Assembly (NCBI GenBank): GCA_003235715.1
Contig: QJVM01000148.1
Location: 1 to 58,489 of the forward strand
Reading direction: 5' to 3'
Origin: Nitrospirota bacterium
Lineage (GTDB): Bacteria; Nitrospirota; Thermodesulfovibrionia; SZUA-242
DNA length: 58,489 nt
Below, one piece after another: positions 19,629-28,794 of this stretch. The position numbers were made by a program, and so were the translations under genes. Positions within the stretch are counted from its first letter, which is position 1, and every line of letters begins with the position of its first letter. A model generated the notes under the pieces. The model ran no database searches. It was given only the letters and a program-made list of their open reading frames with translations, and had not been told where the DNA came from.

Positions 19629-20183
19629 ATGAGCAAACTCATCATCACGGTTCTGGGCCAGGACCGCCCCGGAATTCTGGCAGGGGTTTCGGGTGTTCTC
19701 TTCCGTCTGGACTGCAATATCGAGAACGTGAGCCAGACCATCCTGCAATCTCAGTTTGCCGGTATCTTTATCGCCACGAGTCCCCCGGATACGTCGACCC
19801 AGAGCGTGCTGTACCATCTCCAGGAAGAGTTGCTTCCCCGGAACCTGTATGTGCATATCACGGAGATGGACGGCGGACAGGAGGAGATTTCCTTTCCCGA
19901 GAGTGATCCCTTCGTCATCACCACCATGGGGCCTGACCGTAAAGGGATCGTGGCGGCTTTCACGGCCATTCTGGCCCGACATCAGGTTAATGTGACTCAG
20001 CTTCACGCCGTCTTCAAGGGAGGAGACGACCCTCACAACAACACCATGATTTACCAGGTGGACATACCACGAAACATCGACCAGAAGAGCTTTCGGTTCG
20101 AGCTCCGGGAAAAGGCCGCGGAATTTCATCTGGATATTTCCATTCAGCATAGGGACATATTCGAATCGATTCACCGTGTCTGA
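19629..20183 (+). CDS. Tandem ACT-domain protein (UPF0237-like)
   Basis: Two ACT-like units (IITVLGQDRPGILAGVSGVL..., VITTMGPDRKGIVAAFTAIL...). The conserved partner of the downstream UPF0210 gene. Confidence 0.8.
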   Translation: MSKLIITVLGQDRPGILAGVSGVLFRLDCNIENVSQTILQSQFAGIFIATSPPDTSTQSVLYHLQEELLPRNLYVHITEMDGGQEEISFPESDPFVITTMGPDRKGIVAAFTAILARHQVNVTQLHAVFKGGDDPHNNTMIYQVDIPRNIDQKSFRFELREKAAEFHLDISIQHRDIFESIHRV

Positions 20184-20196
20184 AATGAGATAGGCT

Positions 20197-21570
20197 ATGC
20201 TGGACCACAACGAGATTATCGCCACCCTTGAAATGGTGCGCAACGAGCACCTGGATGTTCGGACCGTGACCCTCGGGGTGAGTTTGCTGGACTGCGCTTC
20301 CGATGATCTCGCGCGCCTTCAGGACAATCTCTACAGACGGATCACCGAGACGGCCCGGGAACTTGTTCCGTGCTGTGACGACGTCGCGGAGAAGTACGGC
20401 ATTCCCATTGTCAACAAACGCATCTCGGTTAGTCCGATGGCGGTGGTTGGCGCGGGTTTTTCGGACAGCGATTTCGTCCGTATGGCTGAAACCCTCGACC
20501 GGGCGGCACGCGAAGTGGGCGTGAATTTCATCGGCGGTTTCACCGCGCTCGTGGAAAAGGGGATGGCCCGGGGAGACCGCGCTCTCATCGAGGCCATTCC
20601 TGTTGCGCTGGCCGAAACGGAGCGCGTGTGCGCTTCGGTCAACGTGGCCTCCACGCAGGCCGGGATCAATATGGATGCCGTGCTCACCATGGGGCGCACC
20701 ATAAAGGAGGCGGCTGAACGGACCCGTCACCTTGACGGTCTCGCCTGTGCCAAGCTCTGTGTTTTCTGCAACATTCCACCGGACATTCCGTTCATGGCCG
20801 GAGCCTATCTCGGAATCGGCGAGCCTGACGCCGAGATCAATGTGGGGGTCAGCGGGCCGGGAGTCGTGAAGAAGGCCGTGGACCGGGCCCTGGAAAAGGA
20901 CCCGGGCCTGGATCTGGGGTCCATTTCGGAAGTTATCAAGAAGACAGCGTACAAGGTGACTCGGGTGGGTGAACTCATCGGCAGGGAGGTCGCGAAACGG
21001 CTCTCGATTCGTTTCGGAGTGGTGGACCTTTCCCTGGCCCCAACTCCGCACGTGGGAGACAGTGTGGGCGAGATATTTCAAAGCCTGGGCCTGAAATCCA
21101 TCGGTCTTCCAGGATCCACGGCCGTGCTGGCCATGCTCAACGATGCGGTGAAGAAGGGCGGCGCCTTTGCCAGTTCGCACGTGGGCGGATTGAGCGGCGC
21201 CTTCATCCCGGTCAGCGAGGACCTTAACATTGCCGAAGCCGCCGCCTCGGGAGCATTGACCCTGGAGAAACTTGAGGCCATGACCAGTGTTTGTTCCGTG
21301 GGACTGGATATGGTGGCTGTTCCCGGGGATACGACGGCAGAGACGATTTCCGCGATTATCGCGGACGAGATGGCCATTGGGATGATTAACGGCAAGACCA
21401 CGGCTGTTAGACTCATCCCCGTACCGGGAAAAGGGGCAGGGGAGACCGCCCGGTTCGGAGGGTTGCTCGGGGGCAGCGTGATTCTCCCGGTCCGGGGAGC
21501 CGGGACACAAAACCGATTCGTGGGCCTGGGCGGGCGGATTCCCGCGCCTGTGCAGGGCCTGAAGAATTAG
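20197..21570 (+). CDS. UPF0210/PFL-family protein (DUF711)
   Basis: 457 aa starting ...[27 protein letters not shown]..., characteristic of the UPF0210 family that pairs with a small ACT protein. Confidence 0.85.
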   Translation: MLDHNEIIATLEMVRNEHLDVRTVTLGVSLLDCASDDLARLQDNLYRRITETARELVPCCDDVAEKYGIPIVNKRISVSPMAVVGAGFSDSDFVRMAETLDRAAREVGVNFIGGFTALVEKGMARGDRALIEAIPVALAETERVCASVNVASTQAGINMDAVLTMGRTIKEAAERTRHLDGLACAKLCVFCNIPPDIPFMAGAYLGIGEPDAEINVGVSGPGVVKKAVDRALEKDPGLDLGSISEVIKKTAYKVTRVGELIGREVAKRLSIRFGVVDLSLAPTPHVGDSVGEIFQSLGLKSIGLPGSTAVLAMLNDAVKKGGAFASSHVGGLSGAFIPVSEDLNIAEAAASGALTLEKLEAMTSVCSVGLDMVAVPGDTTAETISAIIADEMAIGMINGKTTAVRLIPVPGKGAGETARFGGLLGGSVILPVRGAGTQNRFVGLGGRIPAPVQGLKN

Positions 21571-21595
21571 CGTCTTTCTTTTCCCGACGGAGACC

Positions 21596-22018
21596 TTAGA
21601 GGTCCAGTGTGACCTCTCCTTCGAGTCCTCCGTTCAACGCCCGAACATAGAGTCCGTGGTAGGTGGCCGCCTTGACCAGAAGCCGGCGCTCATGCCGGTC
21701 CGGCACCATCTCTTCACCGTGAAGAGTGGCCTCAAGGTTCGTTCCGGAAACAAGGCGGATGTCGGCGCCGGCCGGAAGAAACTCCCGCGTGTCGAGCAGA
21801 AAGACGAGCTCGTTCAACCAGGCCACGAGCAGGTCTTCCCGGTCCGGGGCCTCGAGCCGGACCTCGATACGGTCAACCGGGCGCACCGATGCGGGGTCTG
21901 TTACAAGCGAGAGAAATCCTCTGAGCGCAGCCCGAAGGAGGCCCGCCAGATCCCCGGCCCGAAGCCGGAGGCGGACGTCACCGGCTGAATCGAGCTGGGT
22001 GTAAACCTCCGGCTCCAT
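21596..22018 (-). CDS. Archease
   Basis: 140 aa from the internal Met (MEPEVY...) with the VKAATYHGLYV C-terminal signature. The longer 175-aa ORF adds a low-complexity N-terminus. Confidence 0.75.
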   Translation of the reverse strand: MEPEVYTQLDSAGDVRLRLRAGDLAGLLRAALRGFLSLVTDPASVRPVDRIEVRLEAPDREDLLVAWLNELVFLLDTREFLPAGADIRLVSGTNLEATLHGEEMVPDRHERRLLVKAATYHGLYVRALNGGLEGEVTLDL

Positions 22019-22153
22019 GGGGCTTAGCGTAGCCCCCGGGCAGTAAGCTGTCAATTGACCGGAGCGTCCTCTTTTGAGGGGGGACGGGGTTTGCGTGGAC
22101 CTTTGAGGGAGAATACTTGACAATAATTGTTGGTCTTTCTAAACTTGAGCCCT

Positions 22154-22603
22154 ATGCTCAAGCTTTCAACCAAGGGGCAGTACGGGGTTAGGGCCATGTT
22201 CGAAGTTGCCAGGAACTATGGCAAGGGCACCACGACCATCAAGGAGATTTCTGAAAGACAGGATGTTTCAGTCTCCTATCTCGAGCAGCTCCTCAATCGG
22301 CTCCGTCGAGCAGGCCTGGTGGACAGTGTGAAGGGCCCGGGCGGCGGCTATGTGCTGACGCGTGAGCCTGCGCAGGTCACCATCGGAGATATCCTCCGGG
22401 TGCTCGAGGGGCCGGTGGCCATCACCAGTTGTATGGATCCTTCTGCGGACGGGTGTGAACGGGTGGACTCCTGTGTGGCCCGGCTGCTCTGGAAATCGCT
22501 TGGGGAACGGATTGAGAAATTTCTTGATCAGATCACACTCCAGGAACTTCTGGAGGAAGAGAAGAACATCCTCTCTGGAACCCTTCGAATAGGACGCCTA
22601 TGA
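22154..22603 (+). CDS. iscR: Rrf2-family transcriptional regulator (IscR-like)
   Basis: MLKLSTKGQYGVRAMFEVA wHTH N-terminus and a three-Cys cluster (ITSCMDPSADGCERVDSC). Sits directly upstream of nifS-nifU. Confidence 0.85.
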   Translation: MLKLSTKGQYGVRAMFEVARNYGKGTTTIKEISERQDVSVSYLEQLLNRLRRAGLVDSVKGPGGGYVLTREPAQVTIGDILRVLEGPVAITSCMDPSADGCERVDSCVARLLWKSLGERIEKFLDQITLQELLEEEKNILSGTLRIGRL

Positions 22604-23766
22604 ATCCCGTATATGCCGACCACATAGCCACGACGCCATGCCGGCCCGAAGTCTTCGAGGCCATGAAGCCTTATTTCATGGAGCATTTCGGGAATCCGCT
22701 CAGCCTTCATGATTTCGGCCAGACGGCCCGCGATGCCATCGAGGCGGCGCGGGAGCAGGTGGCCGGGCTCATTGGTGCCAAAACAGAGGAGATTCTATAC
22801 ACCAGTTCGGGCACCGAGTCCTGCAACTTTGCGATCAAGGGAATGACGCACGCGTACCAGAAGAAAGGCCGACATATCGTGACCTCTTCGGTGGAACATC
22901 ACGCGGTGGCGAACCCGGTCAAGTTTCTGGAGAAAAACGGCTGTGAAGTGACGACCATTCCGGTAGATTCCGCAGGCCGGGTAGACCCGGACCAGGTGGC
23001 TCGGGCCCTGCGCGATGACACGGCGCTGGTCAGCATCATGCTCGCCAACAACGAGATCGGTACAATTCAGCCGGTGGCCGAGATCGGAAGGATAACCCGT
23101 GAGAGAGGAATTGTGTTCCATACCGATGCGTCCTGTGCAGTCGGAAACGTCCCGGTCGACGTAGAGGCCCTTCAGGTCGATGCCCTGAGCCTTTCGGGGC
23201 ACAAGTTCTTCGGGCCCAAGGGAGTCGGCGCCCTTTACCTGCGCAAGGGGACGCGCATAACGCCCCTCATTCACGGGGGCATCCAGGAAGGCGGGCGCCG
23301 TGCCGGCGCGGATAACGTGCCGGGTATCGTGGGGCTGGGCGCGGCCGCGGTACTGGCACGGGAGGAGATGAACGACCGGGTTGCCAGGGTGACGGACCTT
23401 CGGAACCGGCTGATCTCTGGAATTCTGGAACGGGTTGACGAGATTACCTACAACGGCCATCCCGAGTTGCGGCTTCCGGGAAACGTGAACATTGCGGTCA
23501 ACTATGTCGAGGGGGAGTCGCTCCTGCTTCTGCTTATGCATAAGGGGATTCTTGCTTCGAGCGGATCCACCTGTACCTCTCGTGCCCTCAAGGCCTCCGG
23601 CGTGCTTACGGCTATAGGGCTTTCGGAACAGGCCTGCCAGGGTTCTCTGCAGATGACCCTCGGACCGGGCAACACGGATGCGGAGGTGGACTATATTCTG
23701 GACGTACTTCCGGAGATCGTATCGAAGTTGCGGGCCATGTCGCCGCTGTACCATAGGAAGGACTAA
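22600..23766 (+). CDS. nifS: Cysteine desulfurase (NifS/IscS type)
   Basis: PLP-Lys motif SLSGHKFFGPKG and catalytic loop SSGSTCTS. 388 aa. Confidence 0.93.
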   Translation: MNPVYADHIATTPCRPEVFEAMKPYFMEHFGNPLSLHDFGQTARDAIEAAREQVAGLIGAKTEEILYTSSGTESCNFAIKGMTHAYQKKGRHIVTSSVEHHAVANPVKFLEKNGCEVTTIPVDSAGRVDPDQVARALRDDTALVSIMLANNEIGTIQPVAEIGRITRERGIVFHTDASCAVGNVPVDVEALQVDALSLSGHKFFGPKGVGALYLRKGTRITPLIHGGIQEGGRRAGADNVPGIVGLGAAAVLAREEMNDRVARVTDLRNRLISGILERVDEITYNGHPELRLPGNVNIAVNYVEGESLLLLLMHKGILASSGSTCTSRALKASGVLTAIGLSEQACQGSLQMTLGPGNTDAEVDYILDVLPEIVSKLRAMSPLYHRKD

Positions 23767-23804
23767 TCGAGCGGCACGGGCGCTCGGCAGGACAGGAGGA
23801 AATC

Positions 23805-24191
23805 ATGCTTTATTCGGAACAGGTCATGGAACATTTCATGAATCCGCGCAACGTCGGGGAACTCGAGAATCCGGACGGGGTGGGACAGGAGGGCAATCCC
23901 ACCTGTGGGGACGTCATGCAGATCCATATCCGGGTCGTTGACGGAACGATTGCAGATTGCCGCTTCAAGACCTTCGGGTGTGGGTCCGCCATCGCCATAT
24001 CCAGCCAGATCACGGAGATGGCCAAGGGCAAGACCCTTGAAGAGGCTCTGGCCATTACCAAGGAGGACGTGGCTTCGCAACTGGGGGGGCTTCCGCCCCA
24101 GAAGATGCATTGCTCCAACCTGGGCGCCGCGGCGCTTCGGAAAGCCATTGAGGATTATATGGCCCGCCGGCCCGCGGAACTGGTTCAGTAG
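23805..24191 (+). CDS. nifU: Fe-S cluster assembly scaffold (IscU/NifU N-terminal type)
   Basis: GNPTCGDVMQIH, FKTFGCGSAIA and KMHCSNLG, i.e. the three scaffold Cys residues. Confidence 0.93.
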   Translation: MLYSEQVMEHFMNPRNVGELENPDGVGQEGNPTCGDVMQIHIRVVDGTIADCRFKTFGCGSAIAISSQITEMAKGKTLEEALAITKEDVASQLGGLPPQKMHCSNLGAAALRKAIEDYMARRPAELVQ

Positions 24192-24205
24192 GATTTCCCG
24201 CCAAA

Positions 24206-24442
24206 ATGGATGACGCATCTTCCCGGAGTTTTCTGGACTGCATCGGACTTTTCTGTCCCAACCCGATCATCCAGACCTCAAAGCGCCTGAAGGAACTTCC
24301 CCCGGGAGGTCTTCTGGAAGTGGCGGCCGACGATGAAACCTTTCCCAAGGACATCCCGGAATGGTGCGCGAAAATGGGGTACGAGCTGCTTGAACTCACG
24401 AATGATGGAGGCGAGTTTCGGGCCCTGATACGGAAACCCTGA
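24206..24442 (+). CDS. tusA: TusA-family sulfurtransferase
   Basis: 78 aa with the CPxP motif (LDCIGLFCPNPII). Confidence 0.85.
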   Translation: MDDASSRSFLDCIGLFCPNPIIQTSKRLKELPPGGLLEVAADDETFPKDIPEWCAKMGYELLELTNDGGEFRALIRKP

Positions 24443-24465
24443 AGTCGGGAACAGAACCCGAACCC

Positions 24466-24954
24466 ATGAACAAGTCACGCACCACCAGGATGACCTCGTC
24501 CATGACGTTTCGAAAGCCGAGCCTTTCGGACGTGCGACTCATTCAGGCTCTGATCAACCGGAATGCAAGCAAGCAGATCATGCTGCCGCGTTCCCTGCAT
24601 GATGTCTATGAGATGCTCAGAGACTTCATCGTCTGTGAATCCTCCGGGCAGATTGTCGGGGTATGCGCCCTGCATATCACCTGGGAAGACCTTGGGGAAG
24701 TCCGGTCCCTTGCAGTGGAGGATGCGTTTCAGAAACAGGGTATCGGGAGCGCGCTGGTGAAGAAGTGTCTTGCGGAAGCCCGCCGCCTTGGCATCCGGCG
24801 GGTCTTCACGCTGACCTACGTCCCGGAGTTCTTCCACCGGCTCGGCTTTCTGGAAGTGGACAAGGCGACCCTGCCCCACAAGGTATGGGCCGATTGCATC
24901 AAGTGTCACCATTTTCCCGATTGCAACGAAGTGGCTCTTCTCAGGGAACTCTGA
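24466..24954 (+). CDS. GNAT-family N-acetyltransferase (ArgA C-terminal-like)
   Basis: VRSLAVEDAFQKQGIGSALV acetyl-CoA-binding motif (Q/RxxGxG/A). The exact start among several Mets is uncertain. Confidence 0.8.
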   Translation: MNKSRTTRMTSSMTFRKPSLSDVRLIQALINRNASKQIMLPRSLHDVYEMLRDFIVCESSGQIVGVCALHITWEDLGEVRSLAVEDAFQKQGIGSALVKKCLAEARRLGIRRVFTLTYVPEFFHRLGFLEVDKATLPHKVWADCIKCHHFPDCNEVALLREL

Positions 24955-25077
24955 GAAGACATATGAAGGAGACCGTGCGGTTGACAAAGCCTCTGCACGC
25001 CATTAGTATGGGCCCATCACAAGTTGACGCGGTCGAGGCCATCGACCCGGGAAAGGACTGAAAGGAAGGCAGCCCTG

Positions 25078-25464
25078 ATGAACCCCGAAGAGCTGAAGTA
25101 TCACAAGGAGCACACGTGGGCCCGGATCGAGGACGGCAAGGCCCGGGTTGGGATTACGGACTATGCTCAGGACTCTCTCGGCGAGGTGGTTTACGTGGAA
25201 CTCCCCGAAACCGGGGCCGAGGTACGGTCCGGCGAGGATCTCGGGGAGATCGAATCAACCAAGGCCACGTCGGCCATTATCAGTCCGGTTTCCGGAAAGG
25301 TCCTTGAGGTCAACGAGGAACTGAACGATTCCCCCGAGATCGTGAATGAAGATCCCTACGGCAAAGGTTGGGTCGCCATCATCGAGCTTGATGGAAACGG
25401 GGGAGTCGGGGATCTTATGGATGCAGGCCAATACGGCACCTTTGTCGTGGAAGAGGCCGGTTAG
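25078..25464 (+). CDS. gcvH: Glycine-cleavage H protein / lipoyl carrier protein (GcvH or LbpA-like)
   Basis: YHKEHTWARIEDGKARVGITDYAQDSLGEVVYVELPE...GEIESTKA, including the lipoyl-Lys motif ES-x-KA. Confidence 0.9.
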   Translation: MNPEELKYHKEHTWARIEDGKARVGITDYAQDSLGEVVYVELPETGAEVRSGEDLGEIESTKATSAIISPVSGKVLEVNEELNDSPEIVNEDPYGKGWVAIIELDGNGGVGDLMDAGQYGTFVVEEAG

Positions 25465-25684
25465 GGAAGGTTTTCGAAGCATCCGGAAGAGGTTCTTCCC
25501 GCCCCGGGAAAGTGCAGAGACCTCGGCTCACCGGCCATGCAGCAGGGACCGGGCAGACCGGGGTTTTTTGGTGTTCTTGCCTTGAGCGGACTTTCCACGA
25601 CCGTTCGTCTTGGTAGTCTGGCTCGAAGGGATATTTCCATCCCCGTCGTAGGGATTCCTGATTCAGCAAACGGAGGTTGGGCGC

Positions 25685-27070
25685 ATGAAGATCGTCGTTA
25701 TCGGTGCGGGCCCGGGCGGGTATGTCGCGGCGTTGCGCGCCGCGCAACGGGGCGCCGAGGTTACGGTGATAGAGGCAGAGGAGGTGGGCGGAACTTGTCT
25801 GAACTGGGGCTGCATCCCCACCAAGGCCCTGCTCGCTTCCGCGGAAACGTTCGCGCGGGTGAAACGGTGCGCGGATTACGGCCTTGAGGTATCCGGTGAG
25901 GTATTCGCACGCCTTGATCGCATCATGGCCCGAAAGGACAAGATCGTTTCCACCCAGGCCAAGGGAATCCGAAGCCTGTTCAAGAGCAGAGGGGTCACCC
26001 TCATGGAAGGCCGGGCCCGTCTTCAGTCACCCCGTTCGGTTGAGGTTTCCATGCAGGACGGAACACGGCGGCGAGTCGAAGGGGATGCCCTTCTTGTGGC
26101 CACGGGTTCCCGGCCCGCCTCGATCCCGGCCTTCCCATTTGATGGAAAGCGGGTCATCTCAAGCAATGAGGCGCTTCGTCTTTCGGAGGTGCCGAGAAGC
26201 CTCATGATTGTGGGGGCCGGCGTCATCGGTTGCGAGTTCGCCTTCATCTTCCGGGAACTGGGAAGTGAGGTGACCCTGATTGAAGCTATGCCGCGGGCCG
26301 TGTCCACCGAGGACCACGAGATATCCGAGATTCTTGAACGGGAGCTCAAGAAGAACAAGATCAAGCTCCTCAAGGATACGAAGATCCAGTCCATAGAGGT
26401 GACAGAGGAACAGGTAACGGCCCGCATTGAATCCGGTGCGTCGCTGGAGGCAAAGGTCGCGCTGGTATCGATTGGACGGGCGGCCAATACCCTGGACCTG
26501 GGCCTTGAGGATGTGGGTGTGAAATGCGGGGCCCGGGGGGAAATTGTGGTGGATGATCACCTGAGAACCAGCGTCGAGGGAGTCTACGCGGTGGGTGATG
26601 TGACCGGGGGGCTGATGCTGGCCCATGTGGCCTCCAAGCAGGGACTCATTGCCGTGGAGAACATCATGGGCGGAGATGTCCGCATGAACCATGAGGTCGT
26701 TCCTGCCGCGATATTCACCCACCCCGAAATCGGGTCCGTCGGGTTACGGGAACACCAGTGCGCGGAGCGCGGGCAGCGGATTAGGATCGGACGCTTTCCT
26801 TTCCGTGGTCTTGGGAAAGCCCATGCCATGGGCGAGATTGCCGGGATGGTCAAGGTCATTGCCGAGGATGGAACGGACCGGGTTCTGGGGGTTCACATCA
26901 TCGGTCCTCATGCCTCGGACCTCGTTCACGAGGCAGCCCTGGCCATGGAGAAAGGGCTCACGGTCCAGGATATCGCCGGAATGATTCATGCGCATCCCAC
27001 ACTTTCCGAAGGATTGATGGAAGCGTGTGAAGACGTGCACGGCATGGCAATTCATTTACCCCCAAAATAG
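25685..27070 (+). CDS. lpdA: Dihydrolipoyl dehydrogenase
   Basis: VVIGAGPGGYVAA (FAD), redox disulfide GGTCLNWGCIPTK, the NAD motif VGAGVIGCEFA, and HAHPTLSE at the C-terminus. Confidence 0.93.
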   Translation: MKIVVIGAGPGGYVAALRAAQRGAEVTVIEAEEVGGTCLNWGCIPTKALLASAETFARVKRCADYGLEVSGEVFARLDRIMARKDKIVSTQAKGIRSLFKSRGVTLMEGRARLQSPRSVEVSMQDGTRRRVEGDALLVATGSRPASIPAFPFDGKRVISSNEALRLSEVPRSLMIVGAGVIGCEFAFIFRELGSEVTLIEAMPRAVSTEDHEISEILERELKKNKIKLLKDTKIQSIEVTEEQVTARIESGASLEAKVALVSIGRAANTLDLGLEDVGVKCGARGEIVVDDHLRTSVEGVYAVGDVTGGLMLAHVASKQGLIAVENIMGGDVRMNHEVVPAAIFTHPEIGSVGLREHQCAERGQRIRIGRFPFRGLGKAHAMGEIAGMVKVIAEDGTDRVLGVHIIGPHASDLVHEAALAMEKGLTVQDIAGMIHAHPTLSEGLMEACEDVHGMAIHLPPK

Positions 27071-27207
27071 GGTCATAAAAAAAAGAAATAGGCTTCCGGG
27101 CAGAGCAAGTTCAGCCGCATCCCATACGGTTTTTTTCATTTTAAAAACGTTGGTTTACTCCATCGAAAAGCCTGCGAAACTGGCCGGAATTATGGGGTTT
27201 TCCTTTC

Positions 27208-27235
27208 TTGACAAAGCAAAAACACAGCCTATAAA
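27208..27235 (+). promoter_or_regulatory. Sigma-70-like promoter for the dsrH-E-F-tusA operon
   Basis: TTGACA (27208-27213), a 16-nt spacer, then TATAAA (27230-27235), in an AT-rich gap. Followed by the inverted repeat GTTCGCG-TAT-CGCGAAC (27246-27262). Confidence 0.45.
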
Positions 27236-27286
27236 CTTTGCCACTGTTCGCGTATCGCGAACCAACGAAAACATGGAGGTGGGAGG

Positions 27287-27586
27287 ATGAAGCTGGGTGT
27301 AATCCTTAGCGAGGCCGTGAGAACGGAAGAGACCTACGATCGGCTTCAAGCGGAGAAGCTGAGTGTCGTCCTTGCCGGGAACGGGATTTATCATGCTGTA
27401 AGCAAGAAGAACGGCAAGGCGTCGGAGGTTCTCAGCAAGAAGGCGGATTTCTACGTATTGACCGAAGACCTCGAGAGCCGGGGCTTCACAGCAGGCGACC
27501 TGGTGGATTCCAAGATCAAACCCATTGGATTTGACGGGCTGGTGGACCTCATTATGGACCAGCACGACAAGTTCATCTGGCTATAG
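27287..27586 (+). CDS. DsrH/TusB-family sulfur relay protein
   Basis: 99 aa. FYVLTEDLESRGF and the C-terminal ...DGLVDLIMDQHDKFIWL align by eye with E. coli TusB (VYALNEDLIARGL ... DFVRLTVKHPSQMAW). Confidence 0.75.
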   Translation: MKLGVILSEAVRTEETYDRLQAEKLSVVLAGNGIYHAVSKKNGKASEVLSKKADFYVLTEDLESRGFTAGDLVDSKIKPIGFDGLVDLIMDQHDKFIWL

Positions 27587-27596
27587 GAGGGGAACC

Positions 27597-27956
27597 ATGG
27601 GAAAACTGACCATCGGAGTTTTTTCGTCTCTCGTGGGCGGCACCACGCTTGATTTTTCGATCAGGCTGGCGAAGGCGGCCAAGGACAAGGGCCACGACGT
27701 ATACGTCTGGACATCGGGCAACGGAACCATGCTTTCCAAGACCGGCCAGCGGGCGTTCAAGGACTATTCGTATCTGGCCAAGATCTGCGAGGAACTTGCG
27801 GCCAAGGGAGTCGAATTTGTGGCTTGCGAGGCCTGTGCTGAAGCCCGCGGGTATCACAAGGAAGATACCTTCAGCGTGTTCAAGCGCCACAGCATGGACT
27901 GGTATCTGGCCAAGTGTTGCCAGAGCGACAAGATTCTTCACATAGGAGGCGAGTAA
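27597..27956 (+). CDS. DsrE/TusD-family sulfur relay protein
   Basis: 119 aa. FVACEACAEARGY aligns with the TusD Cys78 loop (ICVAAALRRGV). RBS TAGGAGGGG. Confidence 0.75.
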   Translation: MGKLTIGVFSSLVGGTTLDFSIRLAKAAKDKGHDVYVWTSGNGTMLSKTGQRAFKDYSYLAKICEELAAKGVEFVACEACAEARGYHKEDTFSVFKRHSMDWYLAKCCQSDKILHIGGE

Positions 27957-27957
27957 G

Positions 27958-28371
27958 ATGGCAAGAAAACTTAAGCAGCTTTACCTGGTCCAGCGGCCTC
28001 CCATCAAGAGCGAGAACCCGAAGCTGGCCTATACGCATGCCATGGCCAGCCAGACCGCCGAAATCTACCTTGAAGACGGGGAAGAGGTTATTCCGACCCT
28101 GGCCATGGTGGGTGACGGTGTCTACAACGTGGTGAACAACCAGCAGCTGATGAAGCATTATGGACTGAACAGCAACGAGAACCACGTCCAGATGGCCCTG
28201 CTCATCGACCTCAAGGTTCTGGTCTGTAAGGAAGACCTGGAGGCCCGGGGAATCAGCGCGGACCGTCTGGCCGACGGAAGCGCCCTGGGGGCGGACATGA
28301 CCATCGAGGTGGTGCCGTTCAGCGAAATTCAGAAAGAAATGGAAGCAACGGACCAGATCCTCTGCTTCTGA
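27958..28371 (+). CDS. DsrF/TusC-family sulfur relay protein
   Basis: 137 aa. VLVCKEDLEARGI aligns with TusC WVCAASLRERGL, and the C-terminus DQILCF resembles TusC ...DVILRF. Confidence 0.7.
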   Translation: MARKLKQLYLVQRPPIKSENPKLAYTHAMASQTAEIYLEDGEEVIPTLAMVGDGVYNVVNNQQLMKHYGLNSNENHVQMALLIDLKVLVCKEDLEARGISADRLADGSALGADMTIEVVPFSEIQKEMEATDQILCF

Positions 28372-28418
28372 GAATTTGTCTAGCCGTTAGCTAAATCCCA
28401 CAGTAAAGGAGATATGTA

Positions 28419-28670
28419 ATGTCAGATCTTAAATCCGAAACACCGGCTGAAACTCTGGATGTGCTGGGAAGGGTATGTCCCTATCCCCTTCTTCTGACGA
28501 AGAAACAGCTTGAGAAGATGGGCAGCGGAACGGTGCTGAAGGTGCTCACCGATGCGCCGGCCTCTGCCGAGGATTCCATCCCGCGGTATGCCGAGAAGCA
28601 GGGCTATGCCTTCCAGTCCGTCAAGGACGATGCGAACGGTCGCTGGGAACTCTACATCAAGAAGAGCTAA
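28419..28670 (+). CDS. tusA: TusA-family sulfurtransferase (second copy)
   Basis: 83 aa with the CPxP motif (LDVLGRVCPYPLL). GGAG RBS. Confidence 0.85.
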   Translation: MSDLKSETPAETLDVLGRVCPYPLLLTKKQLEKMGSGTVLKVLTDAPASAEDSIPRYAEKQGYAFQSVKDDANGRWELYIKKS

Positions 28671-28699
28671 GTCCATCTTAAGAGAATTTTTCCGAGAGA

Positions 28700-28729
28700 C
28701 CCCGGTGTCTAGGCGCCGGGGTTTTTTTT
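28700..28729 (+). terminator. Rho-independent terminator after the dsrHEF-tusA operon
   Basis: CCCCGGTG-TCTAGG-CGCCGGGG stem-loop followed by T8. Confidence 0.7.
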
Positions 28730-28794
28730 GGAACGCGTGCCAGGCGTGCTACTCTGGTATCAAATATTTTCAAGAGGGAGGTGGGACAAGGTTT

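Noticed and set aside
28730-28794. A sigma-54 promoter upstream of the Sec-rhodanese/ferritin-like gene (CTGGTATCAAATATTTTC).
   Set aside because: A GG is present, but the -12 position reads TT rather than GC at the required spacing.
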